Origin: the human T2T-CHM13v2.0 reference genome, Homo sapiens
NCBI RefSeq assembly: GCF_009914755.1
Contig: NC_060926.1
Reading direction: 5' to 3' (one strand)
Length of the DNA stretch: 64,000 nt
Each line of letters opens with the position of its first letter. The first letter of the stretch is position 1. The notes beneath the pieces are model-generated. The model was not told the DNA's origin, did not search any database, and was given only the letters and a program-made list of their open reading frames with translations. Below, piece after piece: positions 1 to 12,222 of the stretch. The translations under genes and the position numbers were made by a program.

Positions 1-269
1 CTCATGCTGAATAGGAGGAAAACCCCTTCATGGGAAGCCCCTGGAGAGAATTACTCTATAGATATGCAGAGGATTAGGAGCAGCTGCGTAGAGCTAGGAG
101 AAATTCCTAGATCACTTACCCCCAAATGCCTCACTTTCAGAAGAAGGTAGCCAAAGACCAAATAAATGTTAAACAACATGTTTATGGCAGAAAGAGGTTC
201 TAAACCTAGAGCTCTTGACTCAGTCTGAAGGTTTTTTTTTTTCTGTAATACTACTTAGGTAAGTGTGAT

Positions 270-560
270 AGGGGACCCTTGATAATCTTCTGAACCATTT
301 CAGAGAATCTGTAAGGTCAAACTGTTTTCATCATAATGCTTAGGAATTATGTGCCCAAGAATAGAGAGGACTGGGATGCCATCATCATTCTTATGGGTAA
401 TGGATGTGTGCTTAAGCAGGCTTGTAATTTAGAATTTACCTAGTTTTATTTCTAATATGGCCAATGTCAACACATAAAAACTATATAAACAAAATCTCTT
501 TTGAGTACTTAGTAATTTTTAAGAGAGTCAAGGGTCCTGAGACCAAGTCTGAGAACCACA
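270..560. mobile_element. hAT-Charlie DNA transposon remnant (Charlie1-like, internally deleted)
   Basis: End 'aagagagtcaagggtcctgagaccaagtctgagaaccac' and start 'gtaaggtcaaactgttttcatcataatgct' resemble Charlie1 termini. Confidence 0.55.
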
Positions 561-1971
561 GTTACAGTTCCACAAATATAATTAAGCTACTATTATGACT
601 AAGACACAGGGCTGACAACTTTCCTCGCCCTCAGAATACATGGTTCTATCCTACGAGTGCCATTCGGAAAGTTCAGAAGAAGAAAAGGTCATATTGTAAT
701 TAGTAACAGATTCAGGAAAGAGACTGATCAAGAAGTGGGTCTGGAAAGATGAGAATTTCAACAGGTGGTAATCTGGAGCCAGAATATTTCTGGTTGAGAG
801 AAATGTACAATCAGAGACAAGACACCAAGGAGCATATATATTCTGGTCACAGTCAGTCTTCCTGGGTGAAAGTGTCATGTGGATGAGAAGCAGTAATAGG
901 GGAAACAAAGAAATGAGATGAGATTAAGATGTAAAGAGGCTTGAGCGCCAGATGGAAGCATTTGGACTTATTTTTAATCACCATGATAGTTCATTGTGTA
1001 GATGATAAATAAAAAGATACTGCCCACTACTGAAAATAGAAATAACTAATGAGACAGGAAATACTTAGAGCCTTCTTCAGGCATAGAGCTGATTAAGGGT
1101 ATGGATAAGGCCTTTTAAGGGAAAACACAAAAAGTCAACAGGAAATGTAGAGGGTGAGGGTAAAGAAACACACCTCAAATTAAGTCAAGATGTATCCATC
1201 ATCCTGACTAGTTGTCCAATCATAGCAAATGTCTTTTTCTCTCTGGATATTCAGAGAGACCCACAGCTAAGATCAGTAAAATGCACATGTACTTCCCAAA
1301 GTTGCTTTGAAAATAAATTGAGTAAATAAATAGCAGTCATGCTTTGAAGATCATAAAATGCTATATGAATGTATAGATGTTTAGCTACCACCATCTGTAT
1401 TGTCAGTCTCAGTGGGAGTTATTGATATAACTCAAGAAGGTGGGAGGTCAAGGGTTTTAAGCATGCACAGGCCTGAGGAAGCCACAAGCTCCTCTTCACT
1501 TTACCCGGACACAGGACTGGAACAATCTGCTTAACTATTATTACTTTCTTGGGAAGATCATTATTTTAAAAATAACATCTCTTGATCCTATATTGAGATC
1601 TGCAGTAGAATGACTACCTGGACCCTTTAAGAAATGCTACCCTTTAATTTTATTTGTTGTTTTATTGGCTGTTTTTTAATAGCTAATGCATTTAGATGTT
1701 AAAGATTTAGACAAACAAACAAGAGTAGAGTTAAAAGTATTCTTAAGTTAAAGGTAAATCTAATTGGGTGGATAAGTTATGCTTCATCACAATGAATAGG
1801 AAGCTTCCCATTTGGCAGAAAAAAAAGGTGACAATATCAGAGAGATGAATGGGAAATATAAATGGCAACACCGATTAGGGTTCTTTGATCTCTTTCGTCA
1901 TCTTTCTGAGCTGTTAGAGGGTAACTACTTCTTGTTTTTGTCTATGAGGTATCATTTTATACAATTAGGAG

Positions 1972-2020
1972 AGAAGTTAGCTGGTGTTCATATTTAAAGA
2001 AGTCAGCTGGTGTTCATATT
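1972..2020. repeat. Tandem duplication, ~26-bp unit x2
   Basis: agaagttagctggtgttcatattt followed by agaagtcagctggtgttcatatt. Confidence 0.85.
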
Positions 2021-2037
2021 CAATATCCCTAGCTAGC

Positions 2038-2478
2038 TGTATTAGTCGGGGTTCTCTAGAGGGATAGAACTAATAGGATATACATATAAAGGGGAGTTTA
2101 TTAAGCATTAACTCACACAATCACAAGGTCCCACAATAGGCCATTTGCAAGTTGAGGAGCAAGGGGAGCCAGTCCAACTCCCAAAACTGAAGAACTTGGA
2201 GTCAGATGTTCAAGGGCAGGAAGCATCCATCATGGGAGAAAGATATAGGTTGGGAGGCTAGGCCAGTCTAGAGTGTTCTCACGTTTTTCTGACTGCTTTA
2301 TATTGTAGCCACTCTGGCAGCTGATTACATGGTGCCCACCCAGATTAATGGTAGGTCTGCCTTTCCTAGCCCACGACTCAAATATTAATCTCCTTTGGCA
2401 ACACCCTCACAGACACACCCAGAATCAATACTTTGCATCCTTCAGTCCAATCAAATTGACACAATATTAACCATCATA
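2038..2478 (-). mobile_element. MLT2A solo LTR (ERVL)
   Basis: tgtattagtcggggttctctagaggg...ttgacacaatattaaccatcata; exact 5-bp TSD CTAGC at 2033-2037 and 2479-2483. Confidence 0.9.
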
Positions 2479-2744
2479 CTAGCCAAAATAATTTTAAAAT
2501 TGCCTGTAGAATGCTATCATGGTGGTCAGCAAATGTCCCATTTGGAGCTTATTCAAGCCTCTCCAATTAAGCAGTGACTATACTAAGCCAGCTGTGCCAA
2601 CCAGGAACAGCACTGTCTTTTTTAATAGAACCCATGGTCTTGCCCTAGTCCTGGCAAACACTTTCATTCATCTTACATCTTTTTCCAAATGCACTCACAA
2701 ATATTCCAACTCACGGTCATAGCTTTTTTGTTGTGTTATTTGTT

Positions 2745-2857
2745 ATTATTTAGTTTTTAAATCAACAAATAAAAATTATATATATTCATCATGTACAACA
2801 TGTTTTGAACTATGTATACCTTGTTGAATGGTTAGATCAAGCTAATTAACATATTCA
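2745..2857 (-). mobile_element. L1MA-type 3' end fragment
   Basis: T-rich tail then aaataaaaattatatatattcatcatgtacaacatg...atcaagctaattaacata. Confidence 0.7.
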
Positions 2858-3149
2858 TGTCAGGTATCATCTGTTTTAATGAATCTTCCATGGTCAAGTA
2901 TTAGCAAAAGTGGACTAAGGGGCTACACTGGTAGCAAGTGAATTCACTTGTGGAATTCTAGATTCATCTAGAAACTCCATGGGATTTTCATGCCCCTGAG
3001 TAGATATAGTAATCATTAGTGCTGCTCTCCAAATGTTCCCATTCTCTTTACATGATGATGTTGCACTTCCCAGGCTCTTAGGCATGACCACGCAATGTAA
3101 ACAGAAGAAGTATACACCAATTCCAGGTAGAAACTTCAATCAGAATAAT

Positions 3150-3378
3150 GTGATTTGGCACAGCAGTTTCCCCATCAGCTGTGGTGACCCCAACATTTCT
3201 GATAGTGGCAGCTCTACCAGCCTGGATCGTTGACAAAGGATGACACAGAGCATAGCCTCCAGCTGACCCACAGTGGGCAATAACTTAGTTTGGAGGAGAA
3301 GTAAACATTTTTGTTTCAAGCCGCAGAGACTGGGGACTATTTGTTACCAAAGCATTAGTTAGCCTATCCTAACAGATA
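3150..3378 (+). mobile_element. Old MLT1 (J/K-like) MaLR LTR, 3' part
   Basis: cagcctccagctgaccca...ttcaagccgcagagactggggactatttgttaccaaagca...ctaacagata. Confidence 0.6.
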
Positions 3379-3434
3379 GGAGACAAAGGCAATGTGATGA
3401 AAAAACAGAGTAGAATTTGTTAATGACACAGTCT

Positions 3435-3970
3435 TGGGCATCAGACAAATTTAAGTTCTAACCTCTATCACTTCCTAGCTGTGTGGTCTTGGGACTGTTA
3501 CTTAACTCCTCTGTGTTAACTTACTTCAGGCTTCTATGACAAAATGCCACAGGCTAGGTGGCTTAAACAACAGAAACTTATTTTCTCACAGTTCTGGTGG
3601 CTAGAAGTCCATCATCTAAGTTACAGATGACTCAGTTTCTAGTGAGGACTTCCTTCTTGGCTTACAGAGAGCTGCTTTCTCACTGTGTCCTCACAAGGTA
3701 GAGAGAGAACAAGCTCTCTACTGTCTATTTTTTGAGGACACTAATCCCATTGGATCAGGGCCCCACACTTATAATTGCATTTTATTTAATTACTGCCTTA
3801 TTCTAAATACAGCCACACTGGGGCTAAAAGCATCAACATGGATTTTTAAAAGGACACATACACTCAGTCCATAAAACCCTCTCAGTCACATTTCCTCATT
3901 GGTTGTTTTGAGAAATAATTTAACGTATGTAAAGTGCTTGGTCTAGTATCTGTCTCTTTGTAGGTATTTA
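3435..3970 (+). mobile_element. MIR SINE split by the MLT1 LTR at 3512-3876
   Basis: MIR core cacttcctagctgtgtggtcttggg...ttacttaac before the LTR; tttcctcat...gtaaagtgctt after it. Confidence 0.7.
3512..3876 (-). mobile_element. MLT1A/B/C-type MaLR solo LTR
   Basis: ggtggcttaaacaacagaaacttattttctcacagttctgg...cagtccataaaa; near-TSD tcctc/ccctc. Confidence 0.85.
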
Positions 3971-5439
3971 TTACATTTAACTTTATTTTCTATAACCTTC
4001 CCCCAGCAAAAAAAAAAAAAATCTCATCATATAATATAGAAAACTGAACCCTCTTATATTGTATATAATCAGCTATCACTGAAGTGTCCCGTCTGACACT
4101 TGGTTAGGGACCATCTCTGAAACAAGAGTTTTCCTTTGCTGCTCTTAATGCCCTAGGGCCAAGGTCCCTAGATTACTATTCACTTTTGTACTCTATATAA
4201 GCCAAGTCATTACAGGCCCGAGGAGCAAACGAATTATACAGCACAGTGTTACCACTAAATCAACACCGTCCAAGAAGCAGTCCAGGACAGGCAATCACTC
4301 TCCTTGGGCCAGGCTAGTATGCAAATGAAAGGCAGAGAAGCAGGTCAAAGAGGATTGAATGTTACTGAGAAAGTCATTGAAAATAGCTAACTCCTGATTG
4401 GTAAAGCTCCTGGAACAGAGTTTCAATCCTTAATGTGACTTTGAGCTGGAGAAAAGGCATTACATCTAAAGGTACCCTTAACATGCATGGGGCACCACAC
4501 TGCCATAGCAAATCATGTGTATTAAAGTCTTTCACAGTGTCAGGTCTTGGAGGAAAAAAATTGCCAGCAAGCAATTTTCAGGCTAGGCAAATGAGCTAAG
4601 TTGATTGTCAATAAAGGAGGATAAATAGAATACACTTAACTTATCCTCTGCCAAGAAAATTAGGACCAAAACTTCACCAAGACAAGTATTTGTGAAGGTT
4701 CATAACTGTGTGTCCACTTGGGGTTATAGAATGACTTACAAGATGTTGATTTCTTCCCCAGTGTATATTCAATGAGCAGCAACAAACTTCTCATATGTTT
4801 AAGTTCATACAGATCCACTGTCACTATAGGGCCAGTCTTATACTTAGGAGATCCACAAATATGTTGTGATTTATAGGGTTCTGCGAAAATCTACTCTTTC
4901 AGAATACAGTTTATCTTTTGCTAACTAGCATGTTGTTGGGTTTTGAAATTCTGTGGATAAAATATTATTCTCTTCACCTTTGACGAGAATAATACATTAA
5001 ACAAAACCAGCATCTTGATGGGAATTTGGGTCATCTTTTGTACAGAAGCTGGAGAGTTCTTGACTGCTTTAGGTTGAATAAAGTCTAAAGTAAAAATTTC
5101 AAAAATTTCAAAGACAATCTTATCTAGGCTTCACTGAAGCCTAGAGAAGACCCAGAGAAAATGTAGCCTCATTCTCCATCAACTGTACTTTTATGTCAAA
5201 AGTAGATTTCTCATGTTAACTAAAGACTGAATTCTTTGTAAAAAGGGGTAAGGGGTAATTGTTTAGGAAGAGGAGGAATATGCAGAAACTATTTCTTAAC
5301 TTTTATTTAAATTTTGTATATTTTTTGTTTCTTTGCTTACAAAACATACATCACTCTTCATAATTATCCCAGCAGCATCTTGAATCTTATGTGGGATTTA
5401 TATTTTAGCATTCCTTGGTATGTGTAAAATATTTGAATA

Positions 5440-5739
5440 GGCTGGGCACAGTGGCTTATGCCTGTAATTCAATACTTTGGGAGGTGAGGTGGGTGGATCA
5501 CTTGAGGTCAGGAGTTTGAGACCAGCCTGGCCAACATGCTGAAACCCCGCCTCTACTAAAATTACAAAAAAATTAGCTGAGCATGGTGGCGGGTGCCTGT
5601 AGTCCCAGCTACTCAGGAGACTGAGGCAGGAGAATTGCTCGAACCCAGGAGGCAGAGGTTGCAGTGAGTCGAGATCATGTCACTGCACTCCAGCCTGGGC
5701 AACAGAGCGAGACTCCATCTCAAAAATAAAAAAAAAAAG
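5440..5739 (+). mobile_element. AluS (AluSz/Sx-like), full length
   Basis: Dimeric Alu with ggatcacttgaggtcaggag and poly-A tail. Confidence 0.95.
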
Positions 5740-5785
5740 AATAAATTAAACCTGCAAATGAGAATTCAGAAAGTGACAAGATAAT

Positions 5786-6101
5786 AGCCAAGGGTGGTGT
5801 CTCACACCTGTAATCCCAGCACTCTGGGAGGCCAAGGCAGGAGGATTGCTTGAGCCCAGGAGTTTGAAACCAGCCAAAGCAACATAGTGGGAACTCCATC
5901 TCTACAAATTTTTTTTTTAAATTAGCCAGGTGTGGTGGTGCATGCCTGTAGTCATAGCTACTCAGGAGTCTGAGGCAGGAGGATGGCCCAAGCCCAGGAG
6001 TTTCAGACTGTGGTGAGCTATGATGGCACCTGCATCTCAGCCTGAGTCACAAAGTGAGGCCCTGTCTAAAAAAAAAAAAGGAGAAAAAGGAAAAAAAAAA
6101 A
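5786..6101 (+). mobile_element. AluJ, full length
   Basis: J diagnostics ggattgcttgagcccaggag and gtgagctatgat; degenerate TSD tgacaagataat (5774-5785) / tgacaagatgat (6120-6131). Confidence 0.9.
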
Positions 6102-6169
6102 AGGGAAGTGGGGGGGACATGACAAGATGATTCCAGGTTTTTTGTTTTTTGTTTTTTTGTTTTATGATT

Positions 6170-6600
6170 AGAGACGAGAAGGAAAATATGAATGTGACTC
6201 CTTCTTTGTGGTTCTTTCAGCCGCAGCAACTTTGCTTTGTACACTCTGTCTCCTGCCAAGAGAGCCCAGGGAAGGTAATGTCTCCTGGATCGTATGAAAT
6301 GTTTCTGTAACGGTCACTGTAACTCACACCTTGATTTTTACCAGGTCGCTGGCAAGTGCGATGGATTGTAATTGCTGCACATTCATGAGGGCTTCTCAAG
6401 GTTACCCGGTGAGGGTTAATGTTCAGTTCATCCACCAGACTTATGAGGCGGAAGAGAAAATCTCTATTAGTTATTCTGCAGCATTAACAAAAAATTAGAG
6501 AACATAGTCTGTGCTCTTAAAAGAAGCCTCGTTGTTCTCTGCTAAAAGGCAAGAGATCACACACAGTAGGTCATGAGTGTGTGTCACGTGCAGGGCTAAG
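6170..6600. promoter_or_regulatory. Candidate enhancer or conserved non-coding element
   Basis: Unique sequence with about 10 CpGs against a depleted background; E-box GTCACGTG at 6583-6590; TAAT cores. Confidence 0.3.
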
Positions 6601-7136
6601 GAGGAGCTTCCCTTTGGTAATGAAACAAACATTTAGCTTACCTAAGAGCTATGCAGAGTGAGGACAAGATGTGTCATCTGCAAAACAAAAATAAATAAAT
6701 AAAGGCAGATTTCTAAAAGGCACACATCATTCAGAATTAAATTAATTCAATTAATTATGATGTTTTCATACAAGTGGAACACAGGCCGGCTAGGAACAAA
6801 GATTTTTCTTCCTTATATTAGGAACAATGACCTATTTTTCTGTGTTTGTGGGGCCTGTTTGGTGTGGGTTGTTTTTTCCTAATTATGTTCTCTTTTTGAG
6901 TTTTTCCCTGCCAGGGCACAGTGAATACCAAAAGAAGAATAAGACGGAGAGCTATTCCTCAGTGAAGCAGAGTTTACAACCCTTGTTCATTTTGGCCAAA
7001 GGCCAGCTGACTCTAGTTTACCTAACTTTTAGAGAGTTTCAGAAAAAAAAATGGAAGTAATATCCTGCCTTTGAGTATGGAGACAAAATTCTAATATCAT
7101 AAGAGAGTCATCAGAGGTTAAGGCAGTTAGAAGGGT

Positions 7137-8150
7137 TCATTCATTCAACATTCAACACAAACTGTGAACACCTAACATTTGCCATGTACAAAGAAGGACG
7201 TTCTGCCTTGGACTAACATCCATTCCTGTGAGGGAAGAGAAGCAGCAGGTATTTTCATACTATATAAAATGTATAGTATATCAGATATAATTACTGTGAG
7301 AATAAGAAAAAGTGTTGGGTGAGTGGAAAGTGCTATTTAATATAAAGGGTGGTATGGGACGGTCTCACTGAGACATTTAAACAGAAAGATCTTGTTATTG
7401 AACAAAAGGTTTCTGTCCTCCCCAAATTCATATGTTTAAACCCTAATCTCCAATGTATGTGATGGTATTTGGAGATGGAGCCTTTGAGAGTTAATTAGGG
7501 TTACATTAGGTCATAAGGGTAGAGCCCTCATGATAGGGTTAGAGGGCTTATAAGAAGAGGAAGAGAGAGATCCTTTCTCATTCACTCTACTCCCGTGCAT
7601 CACAGAAAGGCCATGTGGGGATACAGCAAGAAGGAGGCTGGCCATCCAAAAGCCAGGAAAAGGGCCCTTACCAGGAACTGAATCAGCTAGCACCTTAATC
7701 TTGGACTTTTAGCCTCCAGAGCTGTTAGAAAATACATTTCGGTTAAGCCAGCCAGTCTGCAATATTTTGTTATAGTAGTCCTAGCAGACTAAGATAGGCC
7801 TGAAGGAGGTGAGAGAAAAGAACACGCAAATAAGGGGAAAGCATCTCTGGCAGGGAAATTGAAAGTGCAAAGGCCCTAAGATGGCAGTATGTCCCATTTT
7901 CAAGGGACAGCAGGGAGGTCAGTGGGACTGGAGCCAGGTAAGCAATGGGTAGAGAAGTAGGAGATGATTTAGAAAGCTAATGGGGGAGGGAGATTTTATG
8001 AAGCCTTCTAGACCACTGTAGAACTGCAGCAGAAGAGTTTGTGGTCTGACTTTCTTAACTGCTGAGTTGAGAACCAACTAGAGGGGAGAAAAGGGCACAT
8101 CAAGAACTCTTAGATGACTGCTTTCATCCAGGCAAGAGATGGGCTTTAGA
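7137..8150 (-). mobile_element. L2 3' portion, interrupted by MLT1A
   Basis: ttcattcattcaac tail; gcaaaggccctaag, gactggagc and catccaggcaagagat are L2-like motifs. Confidence 0.75.
7393..7796 (+). mobile_element. MLT1A-type MaLR solo LTR
   Basis: tgtcctccccaaattcatatgtt...ttggacttttagcctccaga...gcagactaagata. Confidence 0.85.
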
Positions 8151-8229
8151 GATGGAGACACCAGGTTGGCATTTACTCTGGCAATTAGAAATTATGGGCT
8201 ATGAGGCATTAGTAAAAATGAGTAACTGA

Positions 8230-8342
8230 TATTAGGCAGTTTCTAAGGGCCAGATCCAGGGCTAAGCAATTTACATGGATTATCTCAATTACTCTGGTGA
8301 GAGAGGTACCATTATTATAATCTGCAGTCTATAGATAAGGAA
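8230..8342 (-). mobile_element. MIR fragment
   Basis: gctaagcaatttacatggattatctca...tatagataagga. Confidence 0.6.
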
Positions 8343-8347
8343 TGTTC

Positions 8348-8480
8348 TGTATCTTCATTTCTTTATATACTAGAGAAAATAGTACTACCTACCTTACAGA
8401 GGTGTGGTAAAGATGAAATGCAATACTCCATGTAAATCACTTAGCTCAGTACCTGACACAGGGTATAAGCTCAATAAAAG
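8348..8480 (+). mobile_element. MIR fragment
   Basis: aatagtactacctacctt...catgtaaatcacttagctcagtacctgacacagggtataagctcaataaa. Confidence 0.75.
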
Positions 8481-9699
8481 ATGACAATGGTTATCATTTT
8501 GTGATTTCATTAGGATAGATAAAATTTTGTCCACAAACTACCTACCTGTGGACATAGAAGACTGAAAAAGTCAGTACTCTTCATCATGCACTTACCTCAG
8601 TTTCAAATCAAGAGAAAGAATTAACACAAATCTGAGAAGCAGACTTTCTATATTTAACGTAAGACTCCTTTTGACAAATCTTTCTATGGTCTTTGCCTAG
8701 AGCAACTAGCACCTCCCTCTATCTGCACTGGCATTTTTCTCCTATTCTTGTTTCCTTGTCAGAGCTGTTCCTTTCCAATCCTGGCACAATGTTTCTTACT
8801 CTTCTGGGCTAAATTTCATGGTTCTCCCACACTTCTTAGAATTCCCTTCTGCAATAAAGCCTTCCCACAGTGTCACCACATCCTGTCCTGGACATCTTCC
8901 CGGCATTTCACCATGTAGCTACTCCATAGCTGGACGTTGTGCGGATTTCCTCTTTTTCAATGTTATCTGATTATTTCATTTGGAGTGGGCTCCATATTCT
9001 TGTAGACAACACTGATGCTTCCCCCGAACCACCATGGGCTCTCTGAACCTGGAAATGGAAAGACATCTTTGACATTTCCTCCATGAGACACATGACAGGC
9101 TTATTAGAGTGGGAGGTGGCACACACACAGCGCTGCCAGGAATTAAACGCTACACCCTTCCCTTTACCCTGAAATGGAGCATCCTACTGGGTCACTCAAG
9201 GTGATATGTATAGGCAACTTAGAGAAACACTCCATTAACAATGAAATTAAAGCTTTTTATCCAGTCACTTGTGTCCCTGGGTATCACACTTTATCACTTT
9301 GTTTAGATAAAGCTTTATTGGTCTAAGAGCAAAACTAGGTTTTGTTGTTGTTGTCGTTGTTATTGTTGTTTTCCCTAAAAGGCCTGGATGATGCTGCCGC
9401 TTGAAGAAGAAAATCTTTCTCCTGCCAGAGTCCTGCTTAACCTTAGCTGGGGGAGGTGATCTTTAACACTAACTATTAAAGTTTGAGCCCAGAGACTGGT
9501 GCTAATTCACCCTGACCAACCTCTCACACAGCCACAGAATTCTCCCCTGCACACCAGGGCACCACCACTGGGAGCTGTTGGCAATAAGGGAGTGGAGAAG
9601 GTAGAATGTGAGAGGCCCTCAGTCATCCACTCCTCTAGTCAGTAGCCTTCCACTCATAAATGGATAAAAACAAGAGCCATTTTTAGATTCAGCATTTCC

Positions 9700-10033
9700 T
9701 GGGGAGAACAATTCCAGCCCCAAACTTCAGATGTCAGCAGAGAACAGTGTGGGCTCTTTATGTTCCTCAAGAACATGCACACTGAGCTTCCCCCGCAGCC
9801 CCCGAGCACTGCCAGCTGCTGCTGCTGCGATCCCAGTGTCTGAGTTTGTGACTCGCCGGGAGATTGTCTGTTCCTGCTGCTTCCAATATCGTCTTGGCCT
9901 TTATGAAGGCACATGCACACGACTGTAGCGGCACCCCTGTCTCCGGCCCATTGTGGACATGACTGCTCTTCCAGTGTGGCTCCCCTGTGACAGGCACCTG
10001 CTCAGCAACCTACAGAAGCTCCCCCAGGTAGGT
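9700..10033. promoter_or_regulatory. GC/CpG-retaining candidate enhancer or alternative first exon
   Basis: 9 CpGs in 9794-9945; CAGCTGCTG E-box; + strand donor CAG|gtaggt at 10027/10028. Confidence 0.35.
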
Positions 10034-10039
10034 ATCAAT

Positions 10040-10470
10040 GCCCTAAATTTCCTTTCAAGCCTTCAAGGCTCACCCAACATAAATATCGCACACTCCTTGA
10101 AGAGCAACTTCTACTTTCATCAGATAACACTGATCTACTTTCCTCCTAACACTCCTTACACCTGCCTCCACCCTTTGCCCATATTGCTCCCATTTACCTC
10201 CACTGGGAGTATCTTCCCTTTACAACTTATTTAAATTCTGTCCAACGTTCAAGACACAGCTTAAGTCCCACCTCCCCTGAACACCTCTGGGATCACTTCA
10301 GTCCTCAGGGTTATTACAGTTATAATTGCTAGCGTGTAATTTCACAATTAATTTTCTTCTCCCTGTTTTATGTGTTTGCATATTATCTACAAGGTTGTAA
10401 GATACTTGAGAAAAAGATCCAGATATTTTACTACTGTCAATCTAATTCTGGCGAAGAGGAGGTGCTCAAC
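10040..10470 (+). mobile_element. L2 fragment
   Basis: gttcaagacacagcttaagtcccacctcccctga and pyrimidine-rich L2 3'-region character. Confidence 0.6.
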
Positions 10471-10714
10471 TTTATGAAGCTACAACTGGGCCAATGCCTT
10501 GTAGAATGTTAAATAGAGGACAAGATTTTGACCTCAGTATCAGAGCATACAAAGATAATCTGACACTCCCTCTCATAATCCCTGTGAAAGTCCACATTCT
10601 CTACACAGAGAGAAAGGATTAGGCTCTCTGGTTTTGTTTGCTATAATCTTAGAATAATTCTAACCCTGCACTGAGCAAGGACAAATTACTCAACTTTCAA
10701 AATTGAAAGATCAC

Positions 10715-10850
10715 TCAGAAATTATGTAACACAAAGGCAGAGAAGAAACTTGAAGCCCAAAGAAGTGAAGTTTCCTGCCCCAAACCACAGAGTGGATGAA
10801 TGATAGAACTAGGAACAAACCCTAAAGCTTTTGAAATCCCAGCCAAAACT
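10715..10850 (-). mobile_element. MIR fragment
   Basis: gaagaaacttgaagcccaaagaagtgaagtttcctgccccaaaccacag. Confidence 0.6.
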
Positions 10851-11057
10851 CCTGAGTGAATATTTGCAGGTTGCCCTCCTTCATTTTCTTTAGAGTCTGG
10901 ATGTTAGCAATAGAAAATCATTGGAAAAATACTTTCTGAGTGCTTTCTCTGCCTCTAGCTCTATGCTAGGGCATGTGGGCTACGAAGAAAAGGAAATAAA
11001 AATAAAATGAACCTATCTTTGCACTCAGGACTCCTGAACTCCCTGTATTATTTTTTA

Positions 11058-11212
11058 AAGCAATGATCTTAACTTTTTTTTTTTTCTGAGGCATAGAACC
11101 CACTGAGAATATAATTAAAATTAAGGCTTAGGGAAGTGCATGTATGCACAAACCAACAAAACACTGTGCTTCATTTTAGAGTTTTGCTGAGCTCTCATAC
11201 CTCCAGGTTATA
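11058..11212. mobile_element. MER103-like hAT-Charlie MITE
   Basis: caatgatcttaacttt...cccactgagaat...catgtatgcaca...ctccaggtta. Confidence 0.45.
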
Positions 11213-12114
11213 GTCTCTTTCTGAAATCTTCAAAAATAGAGTCATGGTTTTATAATTTACAGAGTCCAGATGTAGTCCTCGCCTTTTTCTCCACCCTTTT
11301 GAGTGACTGGTGGGAAGGCAGCAATCACAGCTTCATCTCTTCCCTAAATAAATAAGCACTTCCCTGAGTGCCTCAACTCCATTGCTCCAGATGTCACACT
11401 GGATGAATGGCTCATTTAGGGCTCAGCAGGACCCAGGTCATGCACTGAGCTGATCAGCTTTTCTGTGTCCTGCCCTTGCCACTCAGAGAAGTTTCTCTGC
11501 CACTCTGCCTGCTTGGAAAATCCACACTCCCCTTAGGAGGCCTGGAAGCCGAATAACTTCTAGCATGGTTCTGGCAAGCCTGGGGAAGAGGGGAGGGGTC
11601 TGGTGCCTTCTCTTGGGACTTTTATTAGACAATACTGGTGAAAGGCCCACGGGGTGTTTTAAGTGGTGGCTCTGGCATAAAAGATGCGATGGAAGGAGCA
11701 CTTCTCTCAGAAGCCATATATCATGAGGCTTCTCCAGACAGGAGAAGGTGGGAAACAGATGGAGACGAGCAGGCAAATGCACCGCAGGGACACAGCTTGA
11801 GTGGGAGGGTGTGAGGAGGCAACTGAAGCTATCAGCAGCAGCAGACAGAGGGAAAAGACTCACGATGTGGAACCGACATATGGAAAGTCGGAGTGGGAAA
11901 CAGAAGACAGGACCCAACAGCAAGAGACTCATTCTCACAACATGTAGAACCAAGAGATGAACCAGGCTCCTTCTCTGGCAGACAAAAGAAACTCCGTCAC
12001 TGCTAAAGACTTATTTCTGCACCCAAGAAAATGAGTTGGCCTGAGAAAGGTTAGGGTAGGAATTCCCTACCCTACTTTGCAGGAGGAACATGGTTAAAAA
12101 TTCTAGGTCTTCCT

Positions 12115-12222
12115 AGAGTGAACTACAGTCCCAGATTGCCTGGAACTATCCCAGTTTTATGGCTAAAAGTTCTAGAATAATTTCCTATCAGTCCTGGGCA
12201 AAGTAGGTCAACTGGTCACTCT
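12115..12222. mobile_element. MER94/MER81-like hAT-Blackjack MITE
   Basis: Terminal inverted repeats agagtga...tcactct; internal gtcccagattgcctggaactatcccagtttt. Confidence 0.65.

Noticed and set aside
11483-11953. 156-aa minus-strand ORF, the longest non-L1 ORF
   Set aside because: Leu/Ser/Pro-rich translation of a purine-skewed, GC-richer stretch; no recognisable homology or exon boundaries.
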